A stretch of DNA of 63,898 bases, the filler included, from Psammoneis japonica (taxonomy: Eukaryota): NCBI GenBank assembly GCA_008632985.1. It is 3 parts of 3 records of this genome, joined end to end, with 100 filler letters (N's around TTAATTAATTAA, not from the genome) between each part and the next. Parts side by side here need not be neighbours in the genome. Positions count along the whole stretch, not along the records: positions 25,188 to 49,361 come from QPGO01000431.1; positions 49,462 to 63,898 come from QPGO01000496.1; 1 more part is not named here. One strand, written 5' to 3'. The notes beneath the pieces were generated by a model. The model made no database searches and was not told the origin of the DNA. It saw nothing but the letters and a program-made list of their open reading frames with translations. The position numbers and the translations under genes were made by a program. Shown piece after piece: positions 38,027-50,961 of this stretch; the stretch's first letter is position 1; each line of letters starts with the position of its first letter.

Positions 38027-41000
38027 CTACCTGTAATCAGGACTCTTGGGGCAGGTCTTCTTGCGGCACTTAACACCGGCTCCCACGAATTTTCCACCAC
38101 GCCTGTAGCACTTGGATTGCTTCAACAACATGCACTTGCCATTCTTCCAGCAACAAGCTCCCGGTTTAGAGGAGCAGGTATTCTTCTTGCACTTAGTTCC
38201 GAATCCAACAAACTTTCCATGCTTCATCCTGACACAAGTGTTCTTCTTCAACACGGCACACGACCCATTGGGCAAGCAGCATGCACCATGAGCGGCAGGG
38301 CACGATTTCATGCTGCACTTGACACCTTCGCCAGAAAAATGCCCGCCCTTCTTGATGCACTTCTTCTCAGGGAGAGTTTTGCATTTCCTTACATCAACCA
38401 AGCAGCATGCACCAGGCTTGCCGCGGCGACCAATGGGACAGGTGTTGTCATCCTTGCACATGGTACCAATGGCGATGAACTTGCCATACTTCCTCCTGCA
38501 CACGGCAGGAACGAGGTTGCGGCATAGTCCACTGTCAAAGCAGCAGGCCCCTAACGGTTTCTTGTCAGGAGCAGGGGTAGGGCTTGGATTCTTGACTGGG
38601 CACACCACATTCTTACAGGAAGTGCCAGGACCCAAGAAGAAGTTTCCGTTGGTAGCGCACGTCTGTTGAGACCAGAAACGGCACTCTCCAGATTTGAGGC
38701 AACAGGCTCCGGGAGAGGTCCTTGTGGGACATATGCCCGGCTTGCACTTGACTCCAAGTCCTAAAAATACGCCCGTGTCACAATCTTCTTCTGCGGTTTG
38801 TTCACATTCATCCTTCATGACATCACAGCACGCTCCAGTCGGAGGAGGAGTAATGGTGGGTTTTTGCGTAGGCGCTGCGGTGCTAGGAGCCGGAGTTGGT
38901 GGTTTGGTCGGGCACAAGCCGAGTTCACATTGCACGCCAAATCCCTGGAACTTGCCTCCTTGGTTGGTACACTCCTTCTTAAAGGTTCGCTTACACCCAT
39001 CCTCCAAGCAGCAAGCTCCCTTGTTGGGGCATTCAGTGTCCTTACACTTTTGGTTTGGTTTCGTGAATGTACCACCGCCCAAAGCGCACGTCTCCTGAGA
39101 AAGGTACTTGCATCCATCAAGCAAGGTGCAGCATGCACCAGGACTCTGATCAACTTTCGTTGGGGGCAGTGTAGGAGCTTTGGTTGGAGCCGGCGTAGTG
39201 GGAGCCATGGTAGGAGCCGGGGTAGTTGGAGCCATGGTAGGGCTCTTTGTCGGAGAGGTTGTAGGAGGTGACGTCGGGCAATCTGCGTCCTCGCACGTTA
39301 CGCCGTTTCCTTGCCAGAGTCCGTAATTTGAAAGACATTCTTCTTCAGTTCCCTTGAAGCAAACCCTATTGGATCCAGCTAGTGGGCAGCAAGCGCCCTT
39401 CCGCACAGTGGGTGACGGCGTTGGCGCTGGTGTAGGGGACGGCGTCGGACTCGGGGTAGGAGCAGGAGTTGGAGACGGCGTTGGCGCTGGTGTAGGAGCA
39501 GGGGTTGGACTCGGAGTAGGAGCAGGGGTTGGAGACGGGGTCGGACTCGGAGTAGGAGCAGGGGTTGGAGACGGCGTTGGCGCTGGTGTAGGGGACGGCG
39601 TCGGACTCGGGGTAGGAGCAGGCGTCGGAGACGGCGTTGGCGCTGGTGTAGGAGCAGGAGTCGGAGACGGCGTTGGCGCTGGTGTAGGGGACGGCGTCGG
39701 ACTCGGGGTAGGAGCAGGGGTCGGTGACGGCGTTGGCGCTGGTGTAGGAGCAGGGGTTGGACTCGGGGTAGGAGCAGGAGTTGGAGACGGGGTTGGCGCT
39801 GGTGTTGGGGACGGCGTCGGACTCGGGGTAGGAGCAGGGGTCGGAGACGGCGTTGGAGCTGGTGTAGGAGCAGGAGTTGGAGACGGCGTTGGCGCTGGTG
39901 TAGGAGCAGGGGTTGGACTCGGAGTTGGCGCTGGTGTAGGAGCAGGGGTCGGACTCGGAGTAGGAGCAGGGGTTGGAGACGGCGTTGGCGCTGGTGTAGG
40001 GGACGGCGTCGGACTCGGGGTAGGAGCAGGCGTCGGAGACGGCGTTGGCGCTGGTGTAGGAGCAGGAGTTGGAGACGGCGTTGGCGCTGGTGTAGGGGAC
40101 GGCGTCGGACTCGGGGTAGGAGCAGGGGTCGGTGACGGCGTTGGCGCTGGTGTAGGAGCAGGGGTTGGACTCGGGGTAGGAGCAGGAGTTGGAGACGGGG
40201 TTGGCGCTGGTGTTGGGGACGGCGTCGGACTCGGGGTAGGAGCTGGTGTAGGAGCAGGAGTTGGAGACGGCGTTGGCGCTGGTGTAGGAGCAGGGGTTGG
40301 ACTCGGAGTTGGCGCTGGTGTAGGAGCAGGGGTCGGACTCGGAGTAGGAGCAGGGGTTGGAGACGGCGTTGGCGCTGGTGTAGGGGACGGCGTCGGACTC
40401 GGGGTAGGAGCAGGCGTCGGAGACGGCGTTGGCGCTGGTGTAGGGGACGGCGTCGGACTCGGGGTAGGAGCAGGGGTCGGTGACGGCGTTGGCGCTGGTG
40501 TAGGAGCAGGGGTTGGACTCGGGGTAGGAGCAGGAGTTGGACTGGGTGTCGGAGCAGGAGTTGGAGCCGGGGTAGGTGAAGGCGTCGGCGCAGGTGTCGG
40601 ACTCGTGGTAGGAGCAGGTGTTGGCGCTGGAGTAGGCGACGGCGTCGGCGCAGGTGTTGGACTCGGGGTGGGAGAAGGCGTCGGTGCTGGAGTTGGACTC
40701 GGCGTCGGCGCAGGTGTGGGCGACGGAGTTGGGCTCGGGGTAGGAGAGGGAGTCGGAGACGGCGTCGGCGCAGGAGTTGGACTTGGAGTGATTGGACTAA
40801 CGTCCAACGAGAAGGTCTCATTGCACACACACTTGGAGCCTGGCTTTGGGTACGCTACAAAAGATGATAGAGATAGCGGAAAAAGTAAGCAGACATGTAA
40901 GAAACTGAGAAGCATGGGACCGAGCAACCAAATTAAAAAAAACACTCGAGTAGACCAACTTCACCTTCCACGGGGACCGTGCAAAGTTTATTGTTTCCCG

Positions 41001-41718
41001 GCGTAGAAGAGGAAACGCAATACGGCAAATCTAACGTGTTGTCCGTGCAGTTAAATGTGAGCTCAACCGAAAAAGTAATGTTGTTGCCATCTGCAATGTC
41101 CCCGCATTCGTCTTGAATACCGGGAACCATATTGTTATCAATAAATTGGTCGTTGGTCATATCCAAATCAAAGAATCCACCATTTCCATATGGAGGCGTG
41201 ACCACGGTGCAGGAGTCTCCGCCTCGAGCGTCTCCAATCGTGGCATTTTCTGAAAAGAAAATGCCAATGTCGTGGCGGTCCCCCCCCATTCCAGTCACGG
41301 CTACCATTATGCTCACGTTAAAAGTGACCATGCCATCGACGCAACCAGTGGTTTCAGTCACGGTCGCTTGTGCAATGTCAACATCACCTGCTGTGCACGA
41401 AGGGTTTCCGGGAGTTGCGGCGTCCAAACACGGCTGCATAGTATCAAATTCGGGTTCGCCCATGTCATTCAGCATTCGGGAATAAGGATCAAGCGGAAGG
41501 TATTCTTCTTGTTGAGGAGGAAAGTAGTCTTCTATTCCCTTTGTACAACGAGTTTATACGGAGAGGGAAAAACCTGGTGAGTAATCAAAAAGGAAGCAAG
41601 AACAAAGCACTCCAAAACAAAGTACACTCGATTCATCCGTCGGTACCTTTAGAGCGCCGCTCCTCTGCGGAGCAAAAGCTGCAGCGAGCAGGAGAAGAAC
41701 TGCTCTACTGGCAAACAT
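38027..41718 (-). CDS. Large secreted cell-surface/adhesion glycoprotein: signal peptide, Cys/Asp-rich N-domain, PTP(A/S) stalk, GACC Cys-rich modules
   Basis: Exon 1 41718-41647 ([24 protein letters not shown]). Exon 2 starts at 41538, in frame with ORF 40933-41475. Second intron ~40965-40855 (donor uncertain). Exon 3 is ORF 38027-40945 with repeated GACC-x-C-x-C-x-G-F-G-G-x-C-x-C units. Confidence 0.8.
39409..40790 (-). repeat. Coding 12-bp-unit tandem repeat (PTPA/PTPS)
   Basis: About 1.4 kb of 4-codon units with higher-order blocks. Confidence 0.95.
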
Positions 41719-42527
41719 CGTCGCGAATGAACAGGCTAGTCACTCAATATTCGATTGGATTTATGAGACACATCGCGAATCAGATCGTCTCCATGATAAA
41801 AGTGACAATGATCCGAGCCCCACAAATTCGCCGAAGTCTTCAAAAATACTTATACTTATTGCGACACCTTACCGTTAATGCCCAACTACAATTGCGACAC
41901 CTTACCGTTAATGCCAACAATCAAGACGCTGAGCTGACGAAAGTTTGTTAAGTAATGTCATGCATGGTGAAGAATAGTTATTTAAAGAAACATCTGGAGT
42001 GCTTTTACTGCATTGCATGAAATAATGTGCCACCGTTCGTTCGTTCCTTCCCTAAATGCCAACAATCAAGAAGCGAAAATGAAGAGAGCGTCGCTGAATG
42101 ATGTTTGTGACAATATTCATATACGGATGGATGGACAGACTGATGATAATTATTTTTGGTGCTCTCCCACACAATTTCTACGTGATGACTCTCAGGACCC
42201 GAATGATTCCTGTTGTTGCCACGTGCGTAGAAAAGCAATGCATTTCTTGGCACTGCAGCATTCAAAATTGATTTGTTTCAGTGCTTTGTGCTCCACTCTC
42301 GCTCGCTGGCTGGCTGGGAGAATGGGATTGCAAAACAGCGGCACAACACGGGGTGTGCTTCGACTCCGTTTGTGCCATCGCTCTTTAGTTTCCAAGGGCA
42401 TGCAACCACTCATCTTGTTCTCTGATGATTGCTTTCTTGACTGCCACTCAGAAAGCATGCAACGACACATGCAAATGAGGCGCAAAACTTTCTGACCCCA
42501 TTTTGTTGTTGAGAAGCACTCCTGGGT

Positions 42528-42922
42528 GAAGTGTTCCAGCTCTGGGTGGGACCTCGCAGCACTGAACTGTGACATCAATGGTTTTTTGGATCGTGCCGCA
42601 TGTCGCGCACGCAGATGGCTGCGTGTGACATTCTAGGAAATTGTTTCACACTTCCTATTTTGCAAAGCCAAAGGCTTTCTATTTTCAACATTTGTGACAA
42701 TGAAAATGCGCTGGGCATGTTCTTCAATGTCTGTGGAACACACCCATGCAAACTGTTGTTCATGTGCTCCAAGTGTGAAGGAGGAGATGCGTTCGTAAAA
42801 TTGCCTCTTTTTCTGTTGGCGATCACACATGTTTCAATTGATTGATGATTTTAACACAGAGCTCGCACGCAGAATTCCACGGGCCCAATGTCACACGGAG
42901 TCCCCTGGGATTGGAACCCATC
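42528..42922 (+). mobile_element. MITE family 1, subfamily A, no matching TSD
   Basis: TIRs present; flanks GGGT and ACAA differ. Confidence 0.85.
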
Positions 42923-45900
42923 ACAACGGTGTTGTCAGGAAATGAAGATGACTGGGTGGAAGAAAACAACAACCCTTGCTGCTGTCTAAACAGCAGATGA
43001 GTCTCTGTGCAGAGACCATTGCAGGAGCCAAAAGACTGGTGTTGTGACATTGGCACTGCTGTTGTCATTCTTGTGAGCCAGTGGCTTCGAAGCAAACTGC
43101 ATCGCCCGTCGCGCATGGAGCTGAAAGCACACACAATTGTGTGTGACAAACTAAAATCTTGTTCAAATCCTGTCACTCCCCAGTTTGCTTGAGGGGTCAA
43201 CAGCAACAGATTTGAAGTCAGATTGGCAGGAAGCTTCGGGATCAAAGTTCCAAAACATCAGGGGACGAAGGAGGGTCCACACCTGGGAGCAACCCCAGTG
43301 CATGGTGGAATGAGAGGGCGGTGCAACTTAGAGTGCGGGATGGTGGCACTGTCCACAACCAACTTGTTGTCCCCAAACATGCAACAGGTTTCACGGATGG
43401 GGACGCCAAGGTGATGTAAAGTGATGTGCAGATCAATGATCTGCTCAACGCAGGTCCTTGCGGCAACAAACTCAGATCCACATGTGGCAGTCTCGACTGT
43501 TGCTTGTTTCTTGGAGAACCAATCAACCGGAAACTTGTTGAGGAAATGCAGGATGCCTGTGACTGAGCGTCCTGTGAGCATGCAATGAAACAAGTTTGCG
43601 TCAACGCAATGGGTCGCAGTGACGAACTTGCCAAGTGGCTCAGGTGCATCTTGTGGGAGCAGTTCTTCTGCCTCCCCACACACAGACTGGGACCAGTCAC
43701 ACACGGGCTTGGGAAGATCCAAATGGTCGGGCTCCTCGGTGCACACTTGGAGGGCACCATGTTGCATCTTGGAGAGGAATCCGCAGACACGCTTGGCACG
43801 GTCTAAGTGGCCTTGGTGAGGGGCTGCACGGAAGCCAGACAAGGACATGACGGCCGCAGTGATGTCAATGTGTCCAAGGGATGCAGCCCATTGCAGGGAT
43901 CCAATCAAGGATTGAAATTGGTGGATGCCATCCGGCTCAAGCAGTTTGGAGGTGTCAAGCTCAGGGTGGTCTCCCTCATCAAGAGGCAAGAGCACATCAG
44001 CACGAGGTTTTTCCCCAAAGAGACGTGCACAGTTGTCAACCATGCGCTCAATGCACTTGAAAGGAGCAAGACACAGGGTGCCGTCTGGGTCACGGGTGAA
44101 GTTGCAACCAAGGTGGAACTCCAATGGTCCAGTGCCTTTGAGCTTGAACTTGTGCTTCTCCATGAGAGTGTCCGCAAAAGCCTGTGGGTCCTTCATGGTG
44201 AAAGCTGGGTCGTCCACGTATGCTGCCACGTGTTTGCAGTGATTGCCATTCCTGTGCAACCAGATGTCGGGTTCGGCGCGGCATGGGAAGAAGCCCTCAT
44301 TGCGCAAGCAATTGGCAAAGCGTTCATGCCACCTGAGGCTGGAGCTGCAGAGTCTGTACAAAGCCTTGTGGATGACAAGGATGTGTCATTCGAACTTGCC
44401 AAATTCAGGGCCTGCCACAATGTACAGCTTCTCCTCAGTGGTGGCTTCAAGATGGGCATTCCCAATGTCGGTCGCCCAGGTCTCTAGGTCGTTGAGTTCT
44501 GCCAGGAAGAACATGTCATTTGCAGGCCACGGAGGGACACTGCCCCAGAGCAGACACTGTCAACGTGTGCGTCCGTGAGGTGCCCATCAGCGACAAGGCG
44601 TGCTTTGTGCCATCTGTTGTGTTTGACGTCACAGAGGAGGTGCACCCTGATCTTCTTGTATCCTGGCGGAGCACTGGAGTCCTTGCAGTGTCCACAGTCA
44701 TGGAAGACCTCGCATTCATCAAGCTGAGTCATCTCGAGGTCCGTTGCATCTCCCCACTTGCGGTTGTCATTGCGTTCATTGAGAGCCAAGGCATGCTTGT
44801 AGTCCCGGGGCACTTTGAATCTGTGCTTGTGTCGTGGTGCGGCATGAAAGGAGCACAGCTTGGCTTGGTTGGCCATGCGGAACAGCTTCTTCTGGCGTCG
44901 AGCTATGGTCCGGAAACGTTTCCAGCCTTCGGTCTTGCCAAGCAAGCCGTGTTCGGGTGCACAAATGGCACAGGTGACGGGATCATCCTTGGCAATGATG
45001 GCAAGGGGTTCAGATGTTATCCCCCCATTCTCCCATTCAAGCATGATGTTGTAGCTTGAGCCTTTCCAAGATGGGCAGTGAGGTCTCAATGGTCCTTCGT
45101 GAGAGACAATGAGTCGGAACTTCCAGAGGGTAGAATCCTTGTCTTCTTGCTCAATGTGGTGCATGATGTCATTGCAGGCAAGAACTTCCTCACATTTGTC
45201 ATTGTTGACAGAGCAAATGAACTTGACTAGTTCAGGGTTGTCTCCAATTTCCCAATCATGGTCTTCAACAGCTTTGACAATGTGGGCTCTGTGACATTGT
45301 CTGTCCTCTTGCGGATTCATGAGGAAGGTGCGTCCGATGACATCCTCGGGGTTGAAGACTGGCATTTTGGGCATCCTGATCGTCTCCCCATCTGGTGAAG
45401 CCATTGAATCCGGAGACTCATGTCGGGATTTGACAATGGGTTCAGCAGATCCTTTTTCAGGAGGTTCAGAGTATAGTGGGCGGAGCGGACGTTGGAACAA
45501 CAAATGATTTTCTGAGTGTCGTCAGAGAGAATCTTGAACATCATTTGATGACCAACATGTTTGGCAATGCCAATGAAGTGACCACAAAGTTTGCGAGATT
45601 CTGACAGCCAGTCAGAATCATCCAGGTGGCAGCACATGGGTTCCCACCATTGAAAGCGAAGGAGCGGGCTGATGTCAGGGGTAGAACCGGAGACAGCACC
45701 TCAGTGGGGGTGCACCGGTGTAGCTTGGCAGACACAGTGTGGTCAAGCACAAAGCACACATGCATGAGGGCGAGGAGCCAGGTGTGTGCGGGAGATCCAA
45801 AGCGATTCATGATTGTGTTGGCCATGGTTTTCACAGTCTGGCAGCGGTGCTCAGCAAAGTTCTGGTGCTGGTGGTGAGGCTCGCTTTGCCAACTAGAGAT

Positions 45901-48900
45901 GAAGAGGGCACGAAGGATGCCAAGGACCTTGTTGCTGATCTCAACCTGAGCACTGTTGTGGATGTCATCTGCCGCAGACATCGGTGACAAGAGATTCCGT
46001 GCCGACAAAGAGCTGTGCACTGACGCAGCAGGAGTTGATGGCGGGTGTGTCAGAGTGCACCGTGTTGGTGGCGACGGGTTCATTGTGCCGGTGGACATTG
46101 AGAGCCGGGTTGGGAGACTTGCACGCCTTTTTCAGGTGTGTGCTGGCAGGCATGCGGGCGCACTGTGTCGTGCAGTCAAAGGTGTGGCGAATGGTGTCCT
46201 TTGGGAGGAAGCCAAAACAGGGGCGCAGAGACTCACAGTTGGGATCTTTGGCATTGATCTTGCACTCATGGCATTCATGGAAGAAGTCGGACGTTGGCAG
46301 GAGGTGGTCATCCAGGACAGAATCAGTGAGCATGGCGTTGTTGACAATGTGGCGGTGACGACAGTTGCCAAACTCATCAAACAGGTTGGTGGTCGGGTTG
46401 TCTTGGAGGTCGGACATGGGCGTCGCACCATGTTTCATCATCAGTGAACTGGTGATTGAGGACAGACGGGTCCCAGGTGTCATCGCCAGCAAGGACAACA
46501 TGAGGGAGTGTGGTCATGTGGCAATGCACGGAAGGCCACCCTTGATGTTGATGGGGGTGATGCAGCCATCGATGGTGGTGATGCGTTGCAGACCGTTGGG
46601 CACCTTGATGGACCTGTCGTTCACATCATGTTTGTGCCACTCAAGTTGGCCGCAAGAATGGATGGTCTTACCCTTGCCAGTGCAAGTGCACTGGTGAAGG
46701 ATGGCGATGACGGATCTGCACTGCATGTGAATGACACCACCTGCAGTGACAATGGGAATGTCGACAAGCTGGTGGTTGTCAATGCCTTGTACATCAACCT
46801 GACGACCAGTGCAATTGATGACATGAACATCATCACCGGTGATGCCACCATTTGCACCACGATCCACGAGAGCGCCCTTGCGAGTTGATGCATGAGTCGA
46901 GGCAGAGCAGATGACATTGTGATTGTCAGTGCAACGGCAAGTGTGGCCATTGATCTTTCGGCATGGCGTTCTTGCCAGAGCAGGCCAAAGGGGGCCTTTC
47001 GGGCATGAGAAGATGTTGTAGATCACCAGGTGGCAAAGGCTTGCGCTTGGTGAGGTGAGCCAGGATGGGGTTGGCATTGGCTGGGTCGGCGGCAACGTCA
47101 GGTGGTTCACGGGCGGACGTGAGGTCATGAGCGTTGGCTGACAAGTTTGCATCACCATCGCTGCCAAGATGGAGGTCGTGGAGATTGACGGCCGTTGAGT
47201 CATGACAATTGCCGGCATGGGCAGTGCGTGAACCAAGGATGATGGCCTTGGTGGACTGAGGCAAGGTGTCCCAGATGCGCTGGTGGTCCGGCGGGATGCA
47301 ACACCATTGTTCCCTGGTGAGGGAGTTGCCACGAGTCTGAGCAGCACAAGCCTGAAGGACGTCAACGTCACTGTCAATGTCATGGGATACGTCATCGTCA
47401 GGGTCATCAGGAGTTGGGTCATGTTTGTAGACGGCGCGGTGGGGAGCGCGTGGGGCTGTCTTGGGGTTGAAAGTGCTGTCGCACTGTGCTGCTGCAGAAA
47501 GCAGGAGCCCACAACACTGCTCACAAGAAAGACCCGTGCCGTTTTGTGTGCGAAACTGATCGGCTTGATTCTTTACCAAACCAAGTTCTTCAACAGGGTG
47601 AACAGCATTCTCGAGCATGACGCGTTTCTGACCATCCAAAAAATGATCCGTGTTGGGGATGAGAGCTTCGTACTTGCGAAGCTGGTCCTGCCAGTGGAGC
47701 ATGAAGGCATGGGTGGAGCTTTTCCAAGTGCCATCACCAAGGTGAGTAGAGGTGGGGCATGTGAGAAGGCTTGAGGACTCCAGGGATGCACGAGTGGATG
47801 CAAGGGCGTACTTGGAAAGTTCGGATGCACCGCTTGGGCATCAGAGGAGCCAACATGTTCACGAACGAGTGCCTTGCCCTTGTCATTTTGCAAGATGCAT
47901 TCAACTGCGGTGAACATGTGCTTCTGTTGTTTGGCAAACAAGGCCTTGTCCTCAGCTGTGTTGGGCTTGCATGTCAAGTTGAGGATGCGATCGACATCCT
48001 GAGAGCGGGTCTGTGCGACGATGGAGGTGTGCCACGTGTGCCACTGCTTGTCTGACTTGAGAGTTGCAAAGGTGAGTGGGTCACGTTTGATGCCTCGCTT
48101 GAAGTCACGTGTGGGGTCACATGGTTTTGGAGGCAACAAACCAGGAGCAGGAGCAGAAGGCGCCGTGCCCATGGAGAGGGATGCTGCGTGCTTGGGGCTG
48201 AGATGACAGTTGGTGAACTCTTCATGTGCAAACAAAGCGGGGTTGTTGCCAACATCAGCGCCGCCGCGTGCTTTAACTGTGCACAAACTAATCAAAGCAG
48301 CAATTTGTGCTTTGCAGCCATGGGGCAAAGGCATTTGATTGGTGCCGTTGTTGTAAACTGGGGCATCAAGCTGCAGCGGAGTAAACGTGAAGAGATCCTG
48401 GCACAAATCAGTGCCATCAATGCTGAGGGTGGAGCGCAACGGACTGTCTGCGGCTTGATTCAGAACAGTGCCTGAGATGTGATCAAAGCCATTGGTTTGT
48501 TGCTGTCTGGTGAAAACCATGGTGCAACTGATTGGGTGCCGGGACTAGAGTTGGAGAGCAGACTGGAGCAGGAGAGTAGACTTGAAATAACTTGAAACTT
48601 GACTTGAAACTTGACTTGAAAACTTGAACTATCTTGCAAGTCAGAAGCCGCCGGGTTGTGCTGTCCCGTTTGTAGTTAATTGCTGAGCTTCCCATCTGGT
48701 CCGCAGAGTTGTGCCGGCACATCCGAACCTGCAGCTGGCGACGCTTTGGGTTGCTTGAGAGCGGAGCAATGGGTTAAAAATCCCTGTTGACAAGCTGGCC
48801 AGAGGTGGACAAGACCCCCAAACCTTTCTTGTTTTGTGTCGGTTGGACAACCCGATCAGGCCGGCCACAATTGGCACTGTGGAGGGACGAACAAACGTGG

Positions 48901-49341
48901 GAAAAGCACCCTCGCCCGATGGGTTCCAATCCCAGGTGGGACTCCGTGTGACATTGGGCCCGTAGAATTCTGTGTGCGAGCTCTGCATTGGTGTTCTACA
49001 GACATTAAAGGACATGCCCAGCGCATTTTCATTGTCACAAATGTTGAAAATAGAAAGCCTTTGGCTTCGCAAAATGGGAAGTGTGAAACAATTTCGTAGA
49101 ATGTCACACGCAGCCATCCACGTGTGCGACATGCGGCACGATCCAAAAAACCATTGATGTCACAGTTCAGTGCTGCGCGGTCCCACCTGGAGCTGGAACG
49201 CGTTGCCCCAACGCAGACCAGATTCACGAATCACTTCCTCTCACAGTTGTCCTTGTGGACCTTGCAGAACTGTAGAAGACCAGCAATCTGGTGCAGACAG
49301 GCAGCAACAGACTCAGTGTGCTTGCAGCAGGACCAGAGTCG
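42923..49341 (-). mobile_element. Copia (CoDi-type) LTR retrotransposon, near full length, degenerate
   Basis: Gag (FKRGIKRD), protease (ALVDRGANGGITG), integrase (SEPHHQHQNFAE), RT (HKARLVADGH, AAYVDD), RNase H (DWFSKKQATVETATCGSEF). PPT TGGGGAG precedes a TGACAGG 3' LTR start at 43175. PBS-like AGAAAGGTTTGGGG at ~48810. Confidence 0.9.
48918..49204 (-). mobile_element. MITE family 1, subfamily A, internally deleted, TSD GCCC
   Basis: Reverse orientation; GCCC on both flanks. Confidence 0.9.
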
Positions 49342-49461
49342 GGTGACAGCATTGTGTGTGTNNNNNNNNNNNNNNNNNNNNNNNNNNNNNNNNNNNNNNN
49401 NNNNNTTAATTAATTAANNNNNNNNNNNNNNNNNNNNNNNNNNNNNNNNNNNNNNNNNNNN
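49342..49461. other. Assembly gap with artificial TTAATTAATTAA spacer
   Basis: N-run, TTAATTAATTAA (49406-49417), N-run. Confidence 0.95.
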
Positions 49462-49476
49462 CCATTTTGCACCATC

Positions 49477-49872
49477 AACGCATTCCAGATGCAGGCGGGA
49501 ATCCGTGTGACATTGGGCCCGCAGACTTCTGCGTGCGAGCTCCGCAGCAAAATCACATGGCAATTAAAGTGCCAATGATCGCCAACAGAAAATGAGGCAA
49601 TTTTGCGAACGCACAAACTCGCCCATGATTGAAGTGCATCATTTTTTACTTGGCCAGTTGCACTCTTCAGACATTGAAGAGTGCAACTGGCGCATTGTTG
49701 TTTCCATGAATTCGTCACACAAAACGTCTGGGGCTTCGCAAAACAGCGAGTCTGGGCAATTTTTTTTAAATGTCACACACAGAAAGCTGTGCGCGAAACA
49801 TGCGACGGATGACAAAAATCATTTGTGTCACACGTCAGTGCTGCGAGCTCCCACCCAGGGCTGGAACGCGTC
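49477..49872 (-). mobile_element. MITE family 1, subfamily A (diverged), TSD CATC/CCTC
   Basis: TIRs present; the empty site GCACCCTCAGTC is at ~53336. Confidence 0.85.
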
Positions 49873-50961
49873 CCTCAGTCATTTTGTGACCTCAGCAATT
49901 TTGTGCCCCTGCCTGGTTTGTGCCCTTTGTGGTTTGGCACCCTCAACAGACTTTTTTGTCCTTTTTGATTTTGTGCCCTTGGCCATTTTGCTGGTCACGA
50001 CAGAGCTGCAGAACAACAAGAACCTGCCCGATGAAGAGCGCGGGGCAAAGAAGAGAAAGTGCGCGAGATGCCTGAAGCACTTCGCGGCAGGGAACTCCAA
50101 GAACAGAGATGCGGAAGGGAGCGCACCCAGGAAACGCAAGAAGGAGGATTTTTACAGGAAGACTGTGGCAGAGCGTGGCAGGAAAGTGGAGGAGGGGGGC
50201 AGTGGGTTGGGGAGCGAGGAAAGCCACGTGACGGGTTGCACTGAGATGCATGAGCTGGAGCCAGCACCTGTTTGGCAGACAATGTGTGAAAAGCGGCAGT
50301 CACGTTTGTTGCAAATGATGTTGCAGACACAATCTAAATTGAGCGGCTGCACTCCACGGCGCCAGCCAGAGAGCAGCTGGAGAAGGGCACAACACAAGCG
50401 GCACTTTGGGAAGCCAGTCAACCGATCTGTTGTCAGCCAGCTGTCGAATGTGTTTGAGTGGGTGTGCCGGAGTTTTTGGCCCGTTTGCTTTCTGCGCGGC
50501 CTGGAACAACCCAAATCTGTGTAGACTCAGTGCACCTCGCCCTGCAGAACAGCTTTTGGGGGTGTTTTCTGGCTCACGGCTCAAAGTGGCACGCAAAATG
50601 ACACGGACAATGGCGTTTCGCCAAACTGAAAAATGCGATCGTCTCTGAGGTTGGAGCCTGGATGCTCTCAACCGAATTTGGTGAGTCACATCATCTTGTG
50701 CGATTTTTCGCATTTTCGCATTTTCGCATTTTCGCAATTTTGCATTTTCGCATTTTCGCATTTTCGCATTTGGCGCTGGGGGCACCTTTGAGATTTTTGT
50801 GCCCTCAGCCATGTTGCGCAATTCTTGGTTTTGTGCCCTTGACCTTTTTGCGCCCTTGGCTGCTTTGCGCCCTTTCCTTTTTTTGTGCCCTTGAGCACTT
50901 TGCCCTGTCTCGTGGTTTTGTGCCCTTGGCCATTTTGCGCCCTTTGTGACTTTGTGCCCTT

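Noticed and set aside
39354..41006. 550-aa GVGAGVG ORF and 483-aa Arg/Leu ORF
   Set aside because: Antisense and alternative-frame shadows of the PTPA/PTPS repeat.
42923..48520. ADAR-type RNA editing or classical RIP as the cause
   Set aside because: Changes occur on both strands and in DNA transposons, unlike editing of an RNA intermediate. RIP would create TpA rather than remove it.
49950..50524. Protein-coding gene within the macrosatellite unit
   Set aside because: No recognisable domain, and openness is expected in TpA-free DNA. It cannot be fully excluded.
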